A stretch of DNA of 64,000 nt, from NCBI GenBank assembly GCA_038817885.1, contig JAWAZE010000004.1, forward strand, positions 13,509-77,508, given 5' to 3'. Under the pieces are notes generated by a model, which saw nothing but the letters and a program-made list of their open reading frames with translations, was not told where the DNA came from and ran no database searches. This document shows, piece after piece, positions 48,512 to 58,448 of the stretch. Origin of the DNA: Candidatus Bathyarchaeia archaeon. GTDB taxonomy: Archaea > Thermoproteota > Bathyarchaeia > Bathyarchaeales > DTEX01. The position numbers and the translations under genes are program-made. Position 1 is the first letter of the stretch, and every line of letters starts with the position of its first letter.

Positions 48512-50554
48512 TTATGTCTTCTTTAAGTATCCGCTTTTAGGCTCATAAAGTGTTCCCTCGCGGATCATTTGCTGAATGAGCTTCTCAGCCTCGCTCTTAG
48601 CAATACCGTACTCGCTACTAAGCCTCTCAAGCAGATCGGCCCTACTAACCATGCCGCTCTCCTTCTCCATATCAACAATAGTGCTCAATATAACGCGCAG
48701 CTTATCCTGAACGCTCCTCGGCTTACCAACCATAATAATATCAATATCAAACTTCTTTGAAGAAACATCCACGCCAACCTCCTCAAGGGACCTCTTCATA
48801 ATCCCTATGGCGGCCTCAGCATCATCTAGGAGAACGGTATTCCTAAGGGCTGCGCGTGCTCTAGCCTCAGCTATCCTTATAAGGGCCTCGAGCTGGCGGG
48901 CGGTTATAGCGATCGGCGCCCCCTCACCCTCGCTCGCAGACCGCATCGTCAAATAAAACTCTTTTAGGCGCTCCATAGCCTCCTGAGTTAAAACTGGCCT
49001 AATATTATTTCTTGCATAGGCAATGTATTTCCTGAGCAGGTCCGGCGGGATCGGCGGCTCTACAGGAGGCATCTCCTTCGCATGCAGCTTAAGCATATGC
49101 TCGCTCATTCTGGCGTCATGCTCCTTCTCCGGAACATCCCTTAGGACGAATATTAGATCGAACCTCGATAATATTGTTATCGGCAACGAGATATTCTCCG
49201 CAACCGTCCTATATGGATCGTATCTTCCGAGGGCTGGGTTTGCCGCAGCCAGTATCGCTGTCCTAGCATTTAGTGTTGCGACGATACCCCCCTTAGCGAC
49301 CGAGACCGTCTGCTGCTCCATAGCCTCATGTATGGCAACCCTATCCTCATTCCTCATCTTATCAATCTCATCTATGCATGCAATGCCCTTATCCGCTAAA
49401 ACAAGGGCGCCCGCCTCAAGGGTCATCCCACCGGTAGGCGAGGGGAGGACGGCCGCCGTTAGGCCAGCCGCGGTTGTCCCCCTTCCACTTGTATATAAGC
49501 CTCTCGGCGCGACCCTCTGAACATAGCGCAGAAGCTGCGACTTGGCTGTGCCGGGATCGCCTATAAGCAGCACATGTATATCGCCTCTAATAGCTATGTC
49601 CTGAAGGTGCTTTGGGACCCCGCTGAAGAGGAGGTACATTATCGCCTCCTTAATGTGCTCATAGCCATAGATTGATGGCGCAATTGACTGGATAATCTTC
49701 TGGTGTACGCTCGGATCCTTTGCCAACTTAAGTATCTGCTCCTCCTCCTCAGGCGTTATTAGCAGTGACTCAGGCTCCCTACTTGCAGTCTCAATATAAT
49801 TCGCGTCCAAGTACAGCGTAAAGGCTCTGCTCTTGCCAGTTCTAGGGTACGATGTTGCTTCAGCGCCAACTATACCAACAATATATACTCTATCCCCGGG
49901 CCTAGCGGTATCAACAATATCTTTACCAACAACCCTTATGTCAAGGGAGCGGGGAGTCTGGCCCGGCGGAATATCTTCAGGATACTCCTGTATCCGAAGC
50001 TCCTGATAATCAACAAACTTAGACTTCTCCAGAACAAAATCAAATAGTTTAGTATTTCTACATCCAGGTTTAGCGCATTTAGATGGAAATTTTATGAATG
50101 CCCCACTTTGTGGTTCTTCTTTTTCAGCTTCACAGACCTTACATTTAAAGATTGCTACTGTAACAATGGGTCTAATGGTTGAGGCGCGCATTATTATGCC
50201 TTCAACCATGACTAGCTTGCCTATATGCTCTGAGCCTAGCTTGCGTAGCGGCGTTACGCGCGGCAGTCCACGAACTCTGACTGTGACTCCGGTCTCCCTT
50301 ACCTTCTCAGCATAATCTTTAACCTCAAACTCAAGCTGCTCGAAGGCAGCGCTACTTGCATAAGATAGGTATTCCTGTGGCTTCTCGAGCAGCATGTCAG
50401 CCAAGTAGGGATCGATCACTAGGATATCTTCGAAGTCAACTATAACTGAGGTTGACGCGTTAAGGGCCATCTGGGCTATCCTCTGGCGGTACTTGGCGGT
50501 CTTAAACAGCGAGCCGAATTTTTCAACGGGCTTCTCAACAATAGTCTCGGTCAC
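48512..50554 (-). CDS. mcm: Replicative helicase MCM
   Basis: GDPGTAKS, IDEIDKM, AAANP, SRFD, TARQLE. Confidence 0.97.
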   Translation of the reverse strand: MTETIVEKPVEKFGSLFKTAKYRQRIAQMALNASTSVIVDFEDILVIDPYLADMLLEKPQEYLSYASSAAFEQLEFEVKDYAEKVRETGVTVRVRGLPRVTPLRKLGSEHIGKLVMVEGIIMRASTIRPIVTVAIFKCKVCEAEKEEPQSGAFIKFPSKCAKPGCRNTKLFDFVLEKSKFVDYQELRIQEYPEDIPPGQTPRSLDIRVVGKDIVDTARPGDRVYIVGIVGAEATSYPRTGKSRAFTLYLDANYIETASREPESLLITPEEEEQILKLAKDPSVHQKIIQSIAPSIYGYEHIKEAIMYLLFSGVPKHLQDIAIRGDIHVLLIGDPGTAKSQLLRYVQRVAPRGLYTSGRGTTAAGLTAAVLPSPTGGMTLEAGALVLADKGIACIDEIDKMRNEDRVAIHEAMEQQTVSVAKGGIVATLNARTAILAAANPALGRYDPYRTVAENISLPITILSRFDLIFVLRDVPEKEHDARMSEHMLKLHAKEMPPVEPPIPPDLLRKYIAYARNNIRPVLTQEAMERLKEFYLTMRSASEGEGAPIAITARQLEALIRIAEARARAALRNTVLLDDAEAAIGIMKRSLEEVGVDVSSKKFDIDIIMVGKPRSVQDKLRVILSTIVDMEKESGMVSRADLLERLSSEYGIAKSEAEKLIQQMIREGTLYEPKSGYLKKT

Positions 50555-50564
50555 CTTGACCCCC

Positions 50565-51122
50565 CTAAACTATCTTAGACCTCCACTCGGTAACCACCCG
50601 CCTTATCTGCTCATAGAGGTCCCTCTCCTCCGGGGTGAGGTTTTTTAAAGCTTGGCTTTCCGGAGCTGGTATTGTTGCTAGTGATATGATTTTCCTAAGC
50701 CTGCAGCTAACTATGTCGTGCGCTAGATTTAGGATGTGTTCGTACTCTCTTAGTTTCTCCGGACTCATTCTGGAGGACTGTTTTAGATCGCTGATTACTC
50801 GCCTAATTCTGGGGTAAAAGTCTTCTGGAATTGTTGAGAGTTGTCCGAGGGCTTGGATTCGCTCAGTCCACTGAATCTTATAGATCTTAGCGGCATCGAG
50901 CCCGCCCTCCTTAATCTTAACCAGCTTATCCCTCTCTAGCTCCCGTGCAACCCAGAATCTAACCTCGTACTCATGCCCCTCCTCAAAGGGGCCTATGGAG
51001 AAGCCTACAAGATCGATCTTTGGAACGTTCTTAACAGCAATTACAGTAACAAAGTTATTCTCAAATATGAAATCTGAAAACTCTATACTTGAGCAGTACT
51101 CTTTAGACATGTTCTGTGGCAC
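50565..51122 (-). CDS. GINS complex subunit (Gins23/Psf2-like)
   Basis: GPFEEG...FWVARELE, IPEDFY, RLRKII, NLTPEE; directly upstream of mcm. Confidence 0.82.
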   Translation of the reverse strand: MPQNMSKEYCSSIEFSDFIFENNFVTVIAVKNVPKIDLVGFSIGPFEEGHEYEVRFWVARELERDKLVKIKEGGLDAAKIYKIQWTERIQALGQLSTIPEDFYPRIRRVISDLKQSSRMSPEKLREYEHILNLAHDIVSCRLRKIISLATIPAPESQALKNLTPEERDLYEQIRRVVTEWRSKIV

Positions 51123-51262
51123 GAACTCCCAAGTCTACATAAGAACACATGGTTTTAATATACTTTCTAGTGCCAAATTATGCCAACATACACGTGGATA
51201 TATCAGCCAGCATTTGAGAAAACTTAAATTTCCCGTCTCTCTATTTCTTTTAGAGAGGTTTC

Positions 51263-51547
51263 ATGAGGATACGAGCTATTTATTTGGGTGTTGTGAGGCA
51301 TAAGACTGGTAGGGGAGAAGAAGAGTATAATCTACCTGATAAATCTTCGCTTAAAGATTTTCTTATGAAGGTGGCTGAGAGATACCCGGCCCTTAAAGAC
51401 ATAATCTATAGTTTGAATGAAAATCCAGCTGACCCAACCTTAATAGTGGCGTTGAATGGATCTTCCGTAAAGATCTCTGAAGGCGATAACATTATGCTTA
51501 AAGATGATGACGTGATAACGCTGATGACCGTTATAGGTGGAGGATAA
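51263..51547 (+). CDS. MoaD/ThiS/SAMP ubiquitin-like protein
   Basis: Beta-grasp pattern, VALNG, C-terminal GG. Confidence 0.85.
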   Translation: MRIRAIYLGVVRHKTGRGEEEYNLPDKSSLKDFLMKVAERYPALKDIIYSLNENPADPTLIVALNGSSVKISEGDNIMLKDDDVITLMTVIGGG

Positions 51548-51565
51548 AGGGACCAGGAAATAAAA

Positions 51566-51584
51566 GGGAAAACTCTTATAAATA
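51566..51584 (+). promoter_or_regulatory. Putative BRE/TATA promoter of the ribosomal operon
   Basis: GGGAAAA followed by CTTATAAATA about 40 nt upstream of the L22 start. Confidence 0.5.
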
Positions 51585-51625
51585 CCTACTATATTTTGTA
51601 CTCAACAAACAGCGGTGAATTAGCT

Positions 51626-52084
51626 GTGCCTGAGTGGGGCTATTCAATAATAACATATGAGCCGACAAGTATGGCTAGGGCTAGTGGTAGAGAGCTTAGA
51701 ATATCGCCTAAGGCCGCTAGAGAGATATGCGCGGCGATAAGGGGCATGATGCTCGAGGAGGCGAAGGAGTTTCTAAGGAAGGTTATTGCTAAAAAAGTGG
51801 CTGTCCCATATAGGCGATATAAAAAGAAGCTTCCACATAGGAGGGGCTTAGACGGTGCTGGAAGGTATCCGGTTAAGGCCGCCTCGAAGATACTTGAGGT
51901 TCTTGAGAGCGCTGAGGCGAATGCCGAATACAAGGGACTGAATACAGAAAATCTTAGGATAATCCATGCGTCCGCATACCCCGGCGCGAAGATAAAGAGG
52001 TATATGCCACGGGCATTCGGCAGGGCAACGCCAAAGTTTGAGACGCTATGCCATGTTGAGATAGTTCTGCAGGAGGAGAAGTGA
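51626..52084 (+). CDS. rpl22: 50S ribosomal protein L22
   Basis: LRISPKAAREI, GRYPVKAA, PRAFGRA; likely GTG start at 51626. Confidence 0.95.
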   Translation: MPEWGYSIITYEPTSMARASGRELRISPKAAREICAAIRGMMLEEAKEFLRKVIAKKVAVPYRRYKKKLPHRRGLDGAGRYPVKAASKILEVLESAEANAEYKGLNTENLRIIHASAYPGAKIKRYMPRAFGRATPKFETLCHVEIVLQEEK

Positions 52085-52098
52085 GAGAGGGATTATGA

Positions 52099-52728
52099 AT
52101 GGCTTATGTTAAGCACTTTATTAAGGAATCCATTAGAAAGGCTGAGGTAGACGAGTTTTTATGGAGGGAGTTTGAGAGGGCTGGTTATGGCGGGGTTGAG
52201 ATAACCAAGACCCCGCTTGGCACGAACGTTGCCATCCACGCAGTACGCCCCGGCCTTATCATAGGTCGCGGCGGAGAGACAATTAAAAATCTCGCTAAAA
52301 TCCTCGAGGAGAAATTTAATTTGCCGAACCCGCAGATTTCAGTGGCTGAGATAGAGGTTCCAGAATTAAATCCGTATGTTATGGCCTCAAGAATAGCTGC
52401 CGCCCTTAGGCGTGGAATTCACTTTAGGAGGGTTGGTTTCTGGGCGCTAAACCAGATAATGAAGGCGGGCGCCCTCGGAGCAGAGATAATTATTAGTGGT
52501 AAGCTTAGGACTGAGAGGGCTAGGTCAGAGAAGTTTAGGAGTGGATACATGCCGAAGAGCGGTGATCCAGCCATGAAGTACGTTAAAAAGGCGGTTGCGC
52601 ACGTTCAGCTTAAGCCAGGCATATTTGGAATACAGGTCTATATAGTTCAACCAAACGCAAAATTCCCAGATGAAATCGAACTCCTTGAAGAAAAGGGGGA
52701 GGAGACCGCTGCCGAGGGCGAATCATAA
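52099..52728 (+). CDS. rps3: 30S ribosomal protein S3
   Basis: RAGYGG, TPLGT, RPGLIIGRGG, GAEIIISGKL. Confidence 0.96.
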   Translation: MAYVKHFIKESIRKAEVDEFLWREFERAGYGGVEITKTPLGTNVAIHAVRPGLIIGRGGETIKNLAKILEEKFNLPNPQISVAEIEVPELNPYVMASRIAAALRRGIHFRRVGFWALNQIMKAGALGAEIIISGKLRTERARSEKFRSGYMPKSGDPAMKYVKKAVAHVQLKPGIFGIQVYIVQPNAKFPDEIELLEEKGEETAAEGES

Positions 52729-52746
52729 TCCTTTTGGTGACCGAGC

Positions 52747-52959
52747 ATGGCAATTTTAAGGGTAAAAGAGATTAGAAAAATGAGTCGGGATGAGCGTGAG
52801 AAGAGGTTGGCTGAGCTACGCGCTGAGCTCGCTAGGCTTAAAATGATGGTTAAGGCTGGTGGGGCGGTCGATAAGCCAGCTAGGATGAGGGAGATTAGGC
52901 GGGCCATAGCCCGCATATTAACCGTTAATAGTGAGGAGGATAAGGGAATTAGGGGATGA
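52747..52959 (+). CDS. rpl29: 50S ribosomal protein L29
   Basis: LRVKEIRKMS...REIRRAIARILTV. Confidence 0.93.
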   Translation: MAILRVKEIRKMSRDEREKRLAELRAELARLKMMVKAGGAVDKPARMREIRRAIARILTVNSEEDKGIRG

Positions 52960-53240
52960 GAGATCCCAGATGTATTCTCCAGGACGAATTTATTGGGTTG
53001 AAGGTTAAAGTTGTTAAGTGCACTAACCCAAGTTGTGTTGGCTTATCCGGGACCGTTATTGATGAGACTAGAAATACGTTCAGGGTTCTCTGTAGAGATG
53101 GTAAGGAGAAAACATTAATTAAGGAGAATTGCGTTCTCCATTTTACATTACCTGATAAGACCATAGTTGAGATTGATGGTAAGGTCCTTGTGGGTCGTCC
53201 TGAAGATAGGGTTAAGAAGGTCATTAGGAGGTATTGGTAA
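52956..53240 (+). CDS. rnp1: Ribonuclease P protein component 1 (Rpp29)
   Basis: EFIGLKVKV, GTVIDETRNT, GRPEDRVKK. Confidence 0.92.
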   Translation: MRDPRCILQDEFIGLKVKVVKCTNPSCVGLSGTVIDETRNTFRVLCRDGKEKTLIKENCVLHFTLPDKTIVEIDGKVLVGRPEDRVKKVIRRYW

Positions 53241-53585
53241 GTGTCGTATAAGGTTAAGCCGCCTGAGAAAACATGTGATGATGAATATTGCCCCTTCCAC
53301 GGATCATTAAGAATTAGGGGCAGGATACTTGAAGGTGTTGTTGTGAGCACCAAGATGCAGAAGACGGTTATTGTGAGGCGCGATTACGTGCATTATGAAC
53401 CGAAATTTAAGCGCTATGAGCGCAGGCATAGTAGGATACCAGCCCATAACCCCCCATGTGTAGGTGCAGCCGAGGGTGATGTTGTCCGGATAGCCGAGTG
53501 TAGGCCAATAAGTAAGACAGTGTCCTTCGTTGTAGTGGAGAAGATAGGTGGGAAGGAGGGGCCTAAGAGTGGCGGCGAAAGCTAA
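53241..53585 (+). CDS. rps17: 30S ribosomal protein S17
   Basis: CPFHG, KRYERR, AECRPISKT. Confidence 0.95.
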   Translation: MSYKVKPPEKTCDDEYCPFHGSLRIRGRILEGVVVSTKMQKTVIVRRDYVHYEPKFKRYERRHSRIPAHNPPCVGAAEGDVVRIAECRPISKTVSFVVVEKIGGKEGPKSGGES

Positions 53586-54009
53586 GACCAGGGGACTGCA
53601 GGCTAAGGGAGCTGGAAAGCCGAGGGTGAAGATAAGTAGGGGGGTAAATGTTGGCTCAATAATCAAATGTACAGATAATTCTGGAGCTAAGGAGCTAAGG
53701 GTTGTCCAAGTGGTTGGATATAAAGGTAGACGTAGAAGGGTTCCGGCCGCTGCAGTGGGTGATCTAATAATCGTATCTGTCAGAAGAGGGACGCCGGATA
53801 TGAGGAAAAAACTATTTCACGCTGTGCTCGTTAGGCAGAGGAAACCATATAGAAGACCTGATGGCATATGGGTTCAATTTGAGGATAACGCTGCAGTTAT
53901 AATAACGCCTGAGGGCGAGATGCGTGGCTCCGAAATACATGGCCCTGTTGCTAGGGAGGCTGCTGAGAGGTGGCCGAGGATATCTAGTGCGGCCAGCATA
54001 CTAATATAG
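53569..54009 (+). CDS. rpl14: 50S ribosomal protein L14
   Basis: [27 protein letters not shown]; likely GTG start at 53569. Confidence 0.95.
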   Translation: MAAKAKTRGLQAKGAGKPRVKISRGVNVGSIIKCTDNSGAKELRVVQVVGYKGRRRRVPAAAVGDLIIVSVRRGTPDMRKKLFHAVLVRQRKPYRRPDGIWVQFEDNAAVIITPEGEMRGSEIHGPVAREAAERWPRISSAASILI

Positions 54010-54019
54010 GGGGAGCACC

Positions 54020-54448
54020 ATGGTAAGGAGCACTTCAGATAAACCAAGTAAGCAGAGGAAGAGACTCTATAATGCACCATACCACCTACGTGGGAAGATA
54101 ATGTCCGCCCATTTGTCGGAGGATCTCCGCAAAAGCTATGGAACTAGATCTCTTCCAATAAGAGCTGGCGATATTGTAAGGGTTATGAGGGGCGACTATA
54201 AGGGGGTTGAGGGGAAGGTTTTGAGGGTTGATAGAGAGAAATACCGCATCTATATCGATGGTATAACTAGGCAGAAGGTTGATGGGACAACAGTTCTTGT
54301 TCCAATACATCCATCTAACGTTGAGATCACAAAACTAAACCTAGATGATAAATTTAGGAAGAGTATACTGGAGAGGAGGATGGGTGAGAAACTAGAGGGG
54401 ACCGTGGAGGAGCCTCCTAAGACCCCAGAAAGTCCAGGAGGAGGTTAG
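54020..54448 (+). CDS. rpl24: 50S ribosomal protein L24
   Basis: [27 protein letters not shown]. Confidence 0.95.
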   Translation: MVRSTSDKPSKQRKRLYNAPYHLRGKIMSAHLSEDLRKSYGTRSLPIRAGDIVRVMRGDYKGVEGKVLRVDREKYRIYIDGITRQKVDGTTVLVPIHPSNVEITKLNLDDKFRKSILERRMGEKLEGTVEEPPKTPESPGGG

Positions 54449-54451
54449 GGT

Positions 54452-55219
54452 ATGGGAAAGATGGGTGGTAGTAGGCATCTAAAGCGTGAAGTATCCCCCG
54501 CATTCTGGCCCATAGAGAGAAAAAAGCATGTCTGGACTCTTAAGCCAGATCCAGGACCGCATCCTTTTAAGCGCTGTATACCGCTAGGGATAATTATTAG
54601 AGATCTTTTGGGATATGCTGAAACAATGAAGGAGGCGAAGAAGATTATTACCCAAGGTAAGGTTTTTGTGGACGGAAGGGTTAGGCATGATGTGCACTTC
54701 CCAGTCGGATTGATGGATGTCCTCTCCATCCCGAAGATCAATAAGGGCTGGAGGGTTCTTCCCTATGGGAAGGGCTTAGCATTATTTGAGGTAAGCGATG
54801 AGGAGATGAAATATAAGATCTGCAGAATTGAGAATAAAACAACCCTCCCAGGAGGTCACATTCAACTCAATCTACATGATGGTAGAAACATTCTCATAAG
54901 ATGTGAGGATCCAAAAAAGCCCGTTGGAGAGGTATACCGCACCCTCGACACATTAATGATAAGCCTGCCAGACCAGACTATTCTTGAACATTTTAAGCTT
55001 GATGTCGGTGCGGTGGCCCTTATAGTTGATGGAGAGAACCTTGGTAAGCATGGTTTTATTAAGACGATTAACTTGATTGAGGGGCAGAGGAGACGTAGGT
55101 GCCTAGTAACAATAGAGGATGAGGGTGGAGCTACCTATCAAACAATCCTAGACTACATATTTGTTATAGGCGATAAGGTGCCAAGAATTTCTCTGCCAAG
55201 GGTGGTGGAAAGTGCCTAA
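54452..55219 (+). CDS. rps4e: 30S ribosomal protein S4e
   Basis: HLKR, PGPH, FPVGLMDV, QLNLHDGRN. Confidence 0.95.
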   Translation: MGKMGGSRHLKREVSPAFWPIERKKHVWTLKPDPGPHPFKRCIPLGIIIRDLLGYAETMKEAKKIITQGKVFVDGRVRHDVHFPVGLMDVLSIPKINKGWRVLPYGKGLALFEVSDEEMKYKICRIENKTTLPGGHIQLNLHDGRNILIRCEDPKKPVGEVYRTLDTLMISLPDQTILEHFKLDVGAVALIVDGENLGKHGFIKTINLIEGQRRRRCLVTIEDEGGATYQTILDYIFVIGDKVPRISLPRVVESA

Positions 55220-55805
55220 CATCTCAGCTGAGTTAATTGAGAGCTTTAAGGCCAAGTGGCAGGAGAATCCGATGCTCAAGCCGAGAATAGAGAAGGTTAT
55301 TGTGAACTGTTGCACTGGCAGGTCTGGCGAACCACTTGAGAAGGCTGCAAAGATAATTGAGGAGTTAACCGGCCAGAAGCCCTGCTATAGGAGAGCTAAA
55401 AAGACGATAAGGGATTTTGGTATAAGGCGAAAGGAGCCGATAGCCTGTGTGGTCACGCTTAGGGGTGAGTGGGCTATAGAGTTCCTGAAGAAGGCGTTGG
55501 ATGCCGTTGGCAATAAGATTCCGGCCAGCTCATTTGATATATTTGGGAACTTCTCCTTTGGAATAGAGGAGCATATAAACATACCTGGAACAAAATATTC
55601 TCCTGAAATGGGCATTATAGGCATGGATGTCTGCGTTTCGCTTGCGAGGCCGGGCTATAGAGTTAAATATAAGAGGCGCGCAAAATCTAAAGTTGGCAAA
55701 AATCATAGGTTAACAGCTGAGGAAGCAATGGCATTCATGGTTGATGAGTTTGGCATCGAGATATCGGAGGAGAAGAGAGAGAAGAAGAGGCGCAAGGGGA
55801 AGTGA
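55212..55805 (+). CDS. rpl5: 50S ribosomal protein L5
   Basis: NPM..PRIEKV, FGIRRKEPI, GNFSFGIEEH. Confidence 0.95.
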   Translation: MPNISAELIESFKAKWQENPMLKPRIEKVIVNCCTGRSGEPLEKAAKIIEELTGQKPCYRRAKKTIRDFGIRRKEPIACVVTLRGEWAIEFLKKALDAVGNKIPASSFDIFGNFSFGIEEHINIPGTKYSPEMGIIGMDVCVSLARPGYRVKYKRRAKSKVGKNHRLTAEEAMAFMVDEFGIEISEEKREKKRRKGK

Positions 55806-55811
55806 GGGAAA

Positions 55812-55979
55812 GTGAGTGAAAAGGGTCAGCAAAGGAAGATGAGAAGGTTCGGTAAGGGTAGTAGACCCTGTAGGAGATGCGGCTCATACGGCCCCATAAT
55901 AAGAAGATATGGCTTAATGCTATGCCGGCAGTGTTTCAGGGAGGTTGCTGAGAAGCTGGGCTTTAAGAAGTATAGTTGA
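55812..55979 (+). CDS. rps14: 30S ribosomal protein S14 (Zn type; not in ORF track)
   Basis: Translated by hand: [12 protein letters not shown]...[26 protein letters not shown]. Confidence 0.95.
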   Translation: MSEKGQQRKMRRFGKGSRPCRRCGSYGPIIRRYGLMLCRQCFREVAEKLGFKKYS

Positions 55980-55989
55980 GGTGGTTTTA

Positions 55990-56379
55990 ATGAACATGGA
56001 CACTATCGTGAATGGTTTGACTACAATATATAATAATGAGGTAAGAAGGAAAAAAGAGTGCTATATAATGCCTGCATCAAAGCTTCTCGGCAACGTATTG
56101 AGGGTTATGCAAATGCACGGGTATATTGGCGAGTTCGAGTTTATTGATGATGGTAGGACAGGTAAGTTTAGGGTTCAGCTCCTTGGCAGAATAAATAAGT
56201 GCGGGGCCATAAGGCCCAGATATTCTTTTAAAGCAAAGGATATTGAAAAGTGGGAGAAAACATATTTGCCTGCGAGGGATATAGGCATACTTATAATTAC
56301 AACCTCGCATGGAGTTATATCGCATATTGAGGCTAAGAAGATGGGAATTGGAGGAAAACTACTAGCCTATGTATACTGA
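55990..56379 (+). CDS. rps8: 30S ribosomal protein S8
   Basis: [37 protein letters not shown]. Confidence 0.95.
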   Translation: MNMDTIVNGLTTIYNNEVRRKKECYIMPASKLLGNVLRVMQMHGYIGEFEFIDDGRTGKFRVQLLGRINKCGAIRPRYSFKAKDIEKWEKTYLPARDIGILIITTSHGVISHIEAKKMGIGGKLLAYVY

Positions 56380-56391
56380 TGGTGTAATGAT

Positions 56392-56967
56392 ATGCTGGAG
56401 TCATTAAAGCACTCTCATGAAATTGTTAAGATCGAGAAGAGGAAGATAAAGATCCCGGAGGGAGCTAAAGTTAACGTGAATGGTGGAGTAGTGGAGGTTA
56501 TAGGCCCCCTAGGAAAGTTGACACGAGATTTCTCAAGAAACCCCGTCTCAATAGAAGTTTTAGGCGATGAAGTCTTGGTTTTCACATCTTCACAAAGAAG
56601 GAGAGAAAAATCTCACGTTGGAACTGTTGCCGCACATATTAAGAATATGATTAAGGGCGTAACGAAAGGCTTTACATATAAACTCAAGATTGTCTACGCC
56701 CACTTTCCAATATCAGCTAAGGTTAGCGGAGACACGGTCCTTATAGAGAACTTTATGGGCGAGAGGACTCCGAGGGTAGCGAAGATGGTGGGCAACACTA
56801 AAGTTATTGTTAAGGGAGATGATATAATAGTCCAGGGAATAAACCTGGAGGAGGTTAGCCAGACGGCTGCAAACGTAGAGCAGGCGACTAAGATAAAGAA
56901 GAGGGACCCACGCAGGTTCTTAGATGGCATATATATCTATGAAAAATTGGAGGGGCTTGTCAGTTGA
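56392..56967 (+). CDS. rpl6: 50S ribosomal protein L6
   Basis: NMIKGVTKGF, YAHFPI, DPRRFLDGIY. Confidence 0.95.
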   Translation: MLESLKHSHEIVKIEKRKIKIPEGAKVNVNGGVVEVIGPLGKLTRDFSRNPVSIEVLGDEVLVFTSSQRRREKSHVGTVAAHIKNMIKGVTKGFTYKLKIVYAHFPISAKVSGDTVLIENFMGERTPRVAKMVGNTKVIVKGDDIIVQGINLEEVSQTAANVEQATKIKKRDPRRFLDGIYIYEKLEGLVS

Positions 56968-57365
56968 GCTCTGAGACTGAAGGCTTAGAGGAGGCCAAGA
57001 AGGCCATCGAGTTAAGAAGGAAGATTAAGGAGAAGAAACCAGACTTCATTAGGCAGGAGAGCTGGCGCTATGACCGTGTAGATGATAGCTGGAGGAGGCC
57101 CAGGGGAATAGATAGTAAGATGCGCAGGGAAGTTAAAGGTTGGCCGGCCAGAGTCAAGATTGGTTATAGGGGGCCGAGGAAGGCTAGGGGGCTTCACCCT
57201 TCAGCTTACCGTGAAGTCATAGTCTATAATGTTGATGATTTAAGCCGCGTTGACCCGAAGACTGAGGCTATAAGGGTGGCCCACACGGTTGGTGCTAAGA
57301 AGAGGACTGAGATATTAAATAGAGCTAAGGAGCTGGGAATACATGTTTTAAATGCGACAAAATGA
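56964..57365 (+). CDS. rpl32e: 50S ribosomal protein L32e
   Basis: WRRPRGIDSKMR, RGLHPS. Confidence 0.95.
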   Translation: MSSETEGLEEAKKAIELRRKIKEKKPDFIRQESWRYDRVDDSWRRPRGIDSKMRREVKGWPARVKIGYRGPRKARGLHPSAYREVIVYNVDDLSRVDPKTEAIRVAHTVGAKKRTEILNRAKELGIHVLNATK

Positions 57366-57386
57366 CCGAGACAGGTGGTGTTATAG

Positions 57387-57839
57387 TTGAGTTTAAGAAG
57401 CCAGCGTAGGATGGCTGCAGAGATACTTGGTGTTGGCGAGGAAAGAGTTTGGATAGATCCCGAAAGGATTGAGGATGTAGCGAATGCGATAACGCGAGAG
57501 GAGATTAAGAGACTGATTAAGGAGGGAGTTATAAAGAAGATTAAGGATCAGGGCGTAAGCAGGGCGCGCGCTAGGATAGCGCATGAGAAGAGGAAGAGGG
57601 GTAGGCGCAGAGGTGTTGGAAGCAGGAGCGGCGCGTCCGGCGCAAGGGTAGATCACTTAAAAGAGTGGGTTGAGAGGATAAGAGCTATCAGGAGGAGACT
57701 CCGCGAGCTCAGGGGGAAGCGCGTAATAACTGTTAGGGCTTATAGGCAACTATACCTTAAAGCCAAGGCTGGAGTCTTCAAGTCGATTTCAGACCTACAC
57801 CACTATATTGAGGCTCACGGGTTGAGGAGGAGGCGTTAA
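57387..57839 (+). CDS. rpl19e: 50S ribosomal protein L19e
   Basis: QRRMAAEILGVG..RVWIDP, YRQLYLKAKAG. Confidence 0.95.
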   Translation: MSLRSQRRMAAEILGVGEERVWIDPERIEDVANAITREEIKRLIKEGVIKKIKDQGVSRARARIAHEKRKRGRRRGVGSRSGASGARVDHLKEWVERIRAIRRRLRELRGKRVITVRAYRQLYLKAKAGVFKSISDLHHYIEAHGLRRRR

Positions 57840-58438
57840 TGGCAAAGGGTCCAGTATACACCGTCCCATATAGGAGACGGAGAGAGGGGAAGACCGATTA
57901 CAAGCTTAGAAAAAAGCTTATCATGTCTAAGATCCCTAGACTTGTCGTTAGAAAGAGCAATAGAAACTTTATTGCCCAGGTTGTTATGGCTACTGTTATA
58001 GGTGATGTCGTTATCGTCTCAGCGCACTCCCACGAACTTAGAAAGAGGTTTGGCTGGCTTGGAAGCCTAAATAATCTTCCAGCAGCATACCTTATAGGCT
58101 TACTCTGCGGCTTAAGAGCGGCCGCAAAGGGTATTAAGAGGGCAATTTTAGATATAGGCTTACATATGCCTTCAAGGGGCGCGGCCGTCTTCGCAGCCAT
58201 GAAGGGCTTCATTGATGCTGGAGTAGAAGTTCCCTATGACGAAACTATTTTACCAGATGAATCTAGGATGCGTGGGGAACATATAGCTAAATACGCTGAA
58301 CTATTAGTCTCAACAAACATGGAGAAATACACAAGATACTTCTCAGAATACTTAGCCAGAGGATTACCACCAGAAAAACTCCCAGAGCACTTCGAGACTG
58401 TCAAGGAGAGGATACTTGAGAGCTTCAAGGGCGAATAA
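57839..58438 (+). CDS. rpl18: 50S ribosomal protein L18
   Basis: RRRREGKTDY, RLVVRKSN, NLPAAYLIG, LDIGL. Confidence 0.95.
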   Translation: MAKGPVYTVPYRRRREGKTDYKLRKKLIMSKIPRLVVRKSNRNFIAQVVMATVIGDVVIVSAHSHELRKRFGWLGSLNNLPAAYLIGLLCGLRAAAKGIKRAILDIGLHMPSRGAAVFAAMKGFIDAGVEVPYDETILPDESRMRGEHIAKYAELLVSTNMEKYTRYFSEYLARGLPPEKLPEHFETVKERILESFKGE

Positions 58439-58448
58439 AGTTTAAATT

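Noticed and set aside
48512..50554. Intein in MCM
   Set aside because: Length (680 aa) and motif spacing are normal; no intein motifs
55945..55989. N-terminal extension of S8 in the ORF track
   Set aside because: Overlaps rps14; the true start is ATG 55990 after a GAGGTGG Shine-Dalgarno
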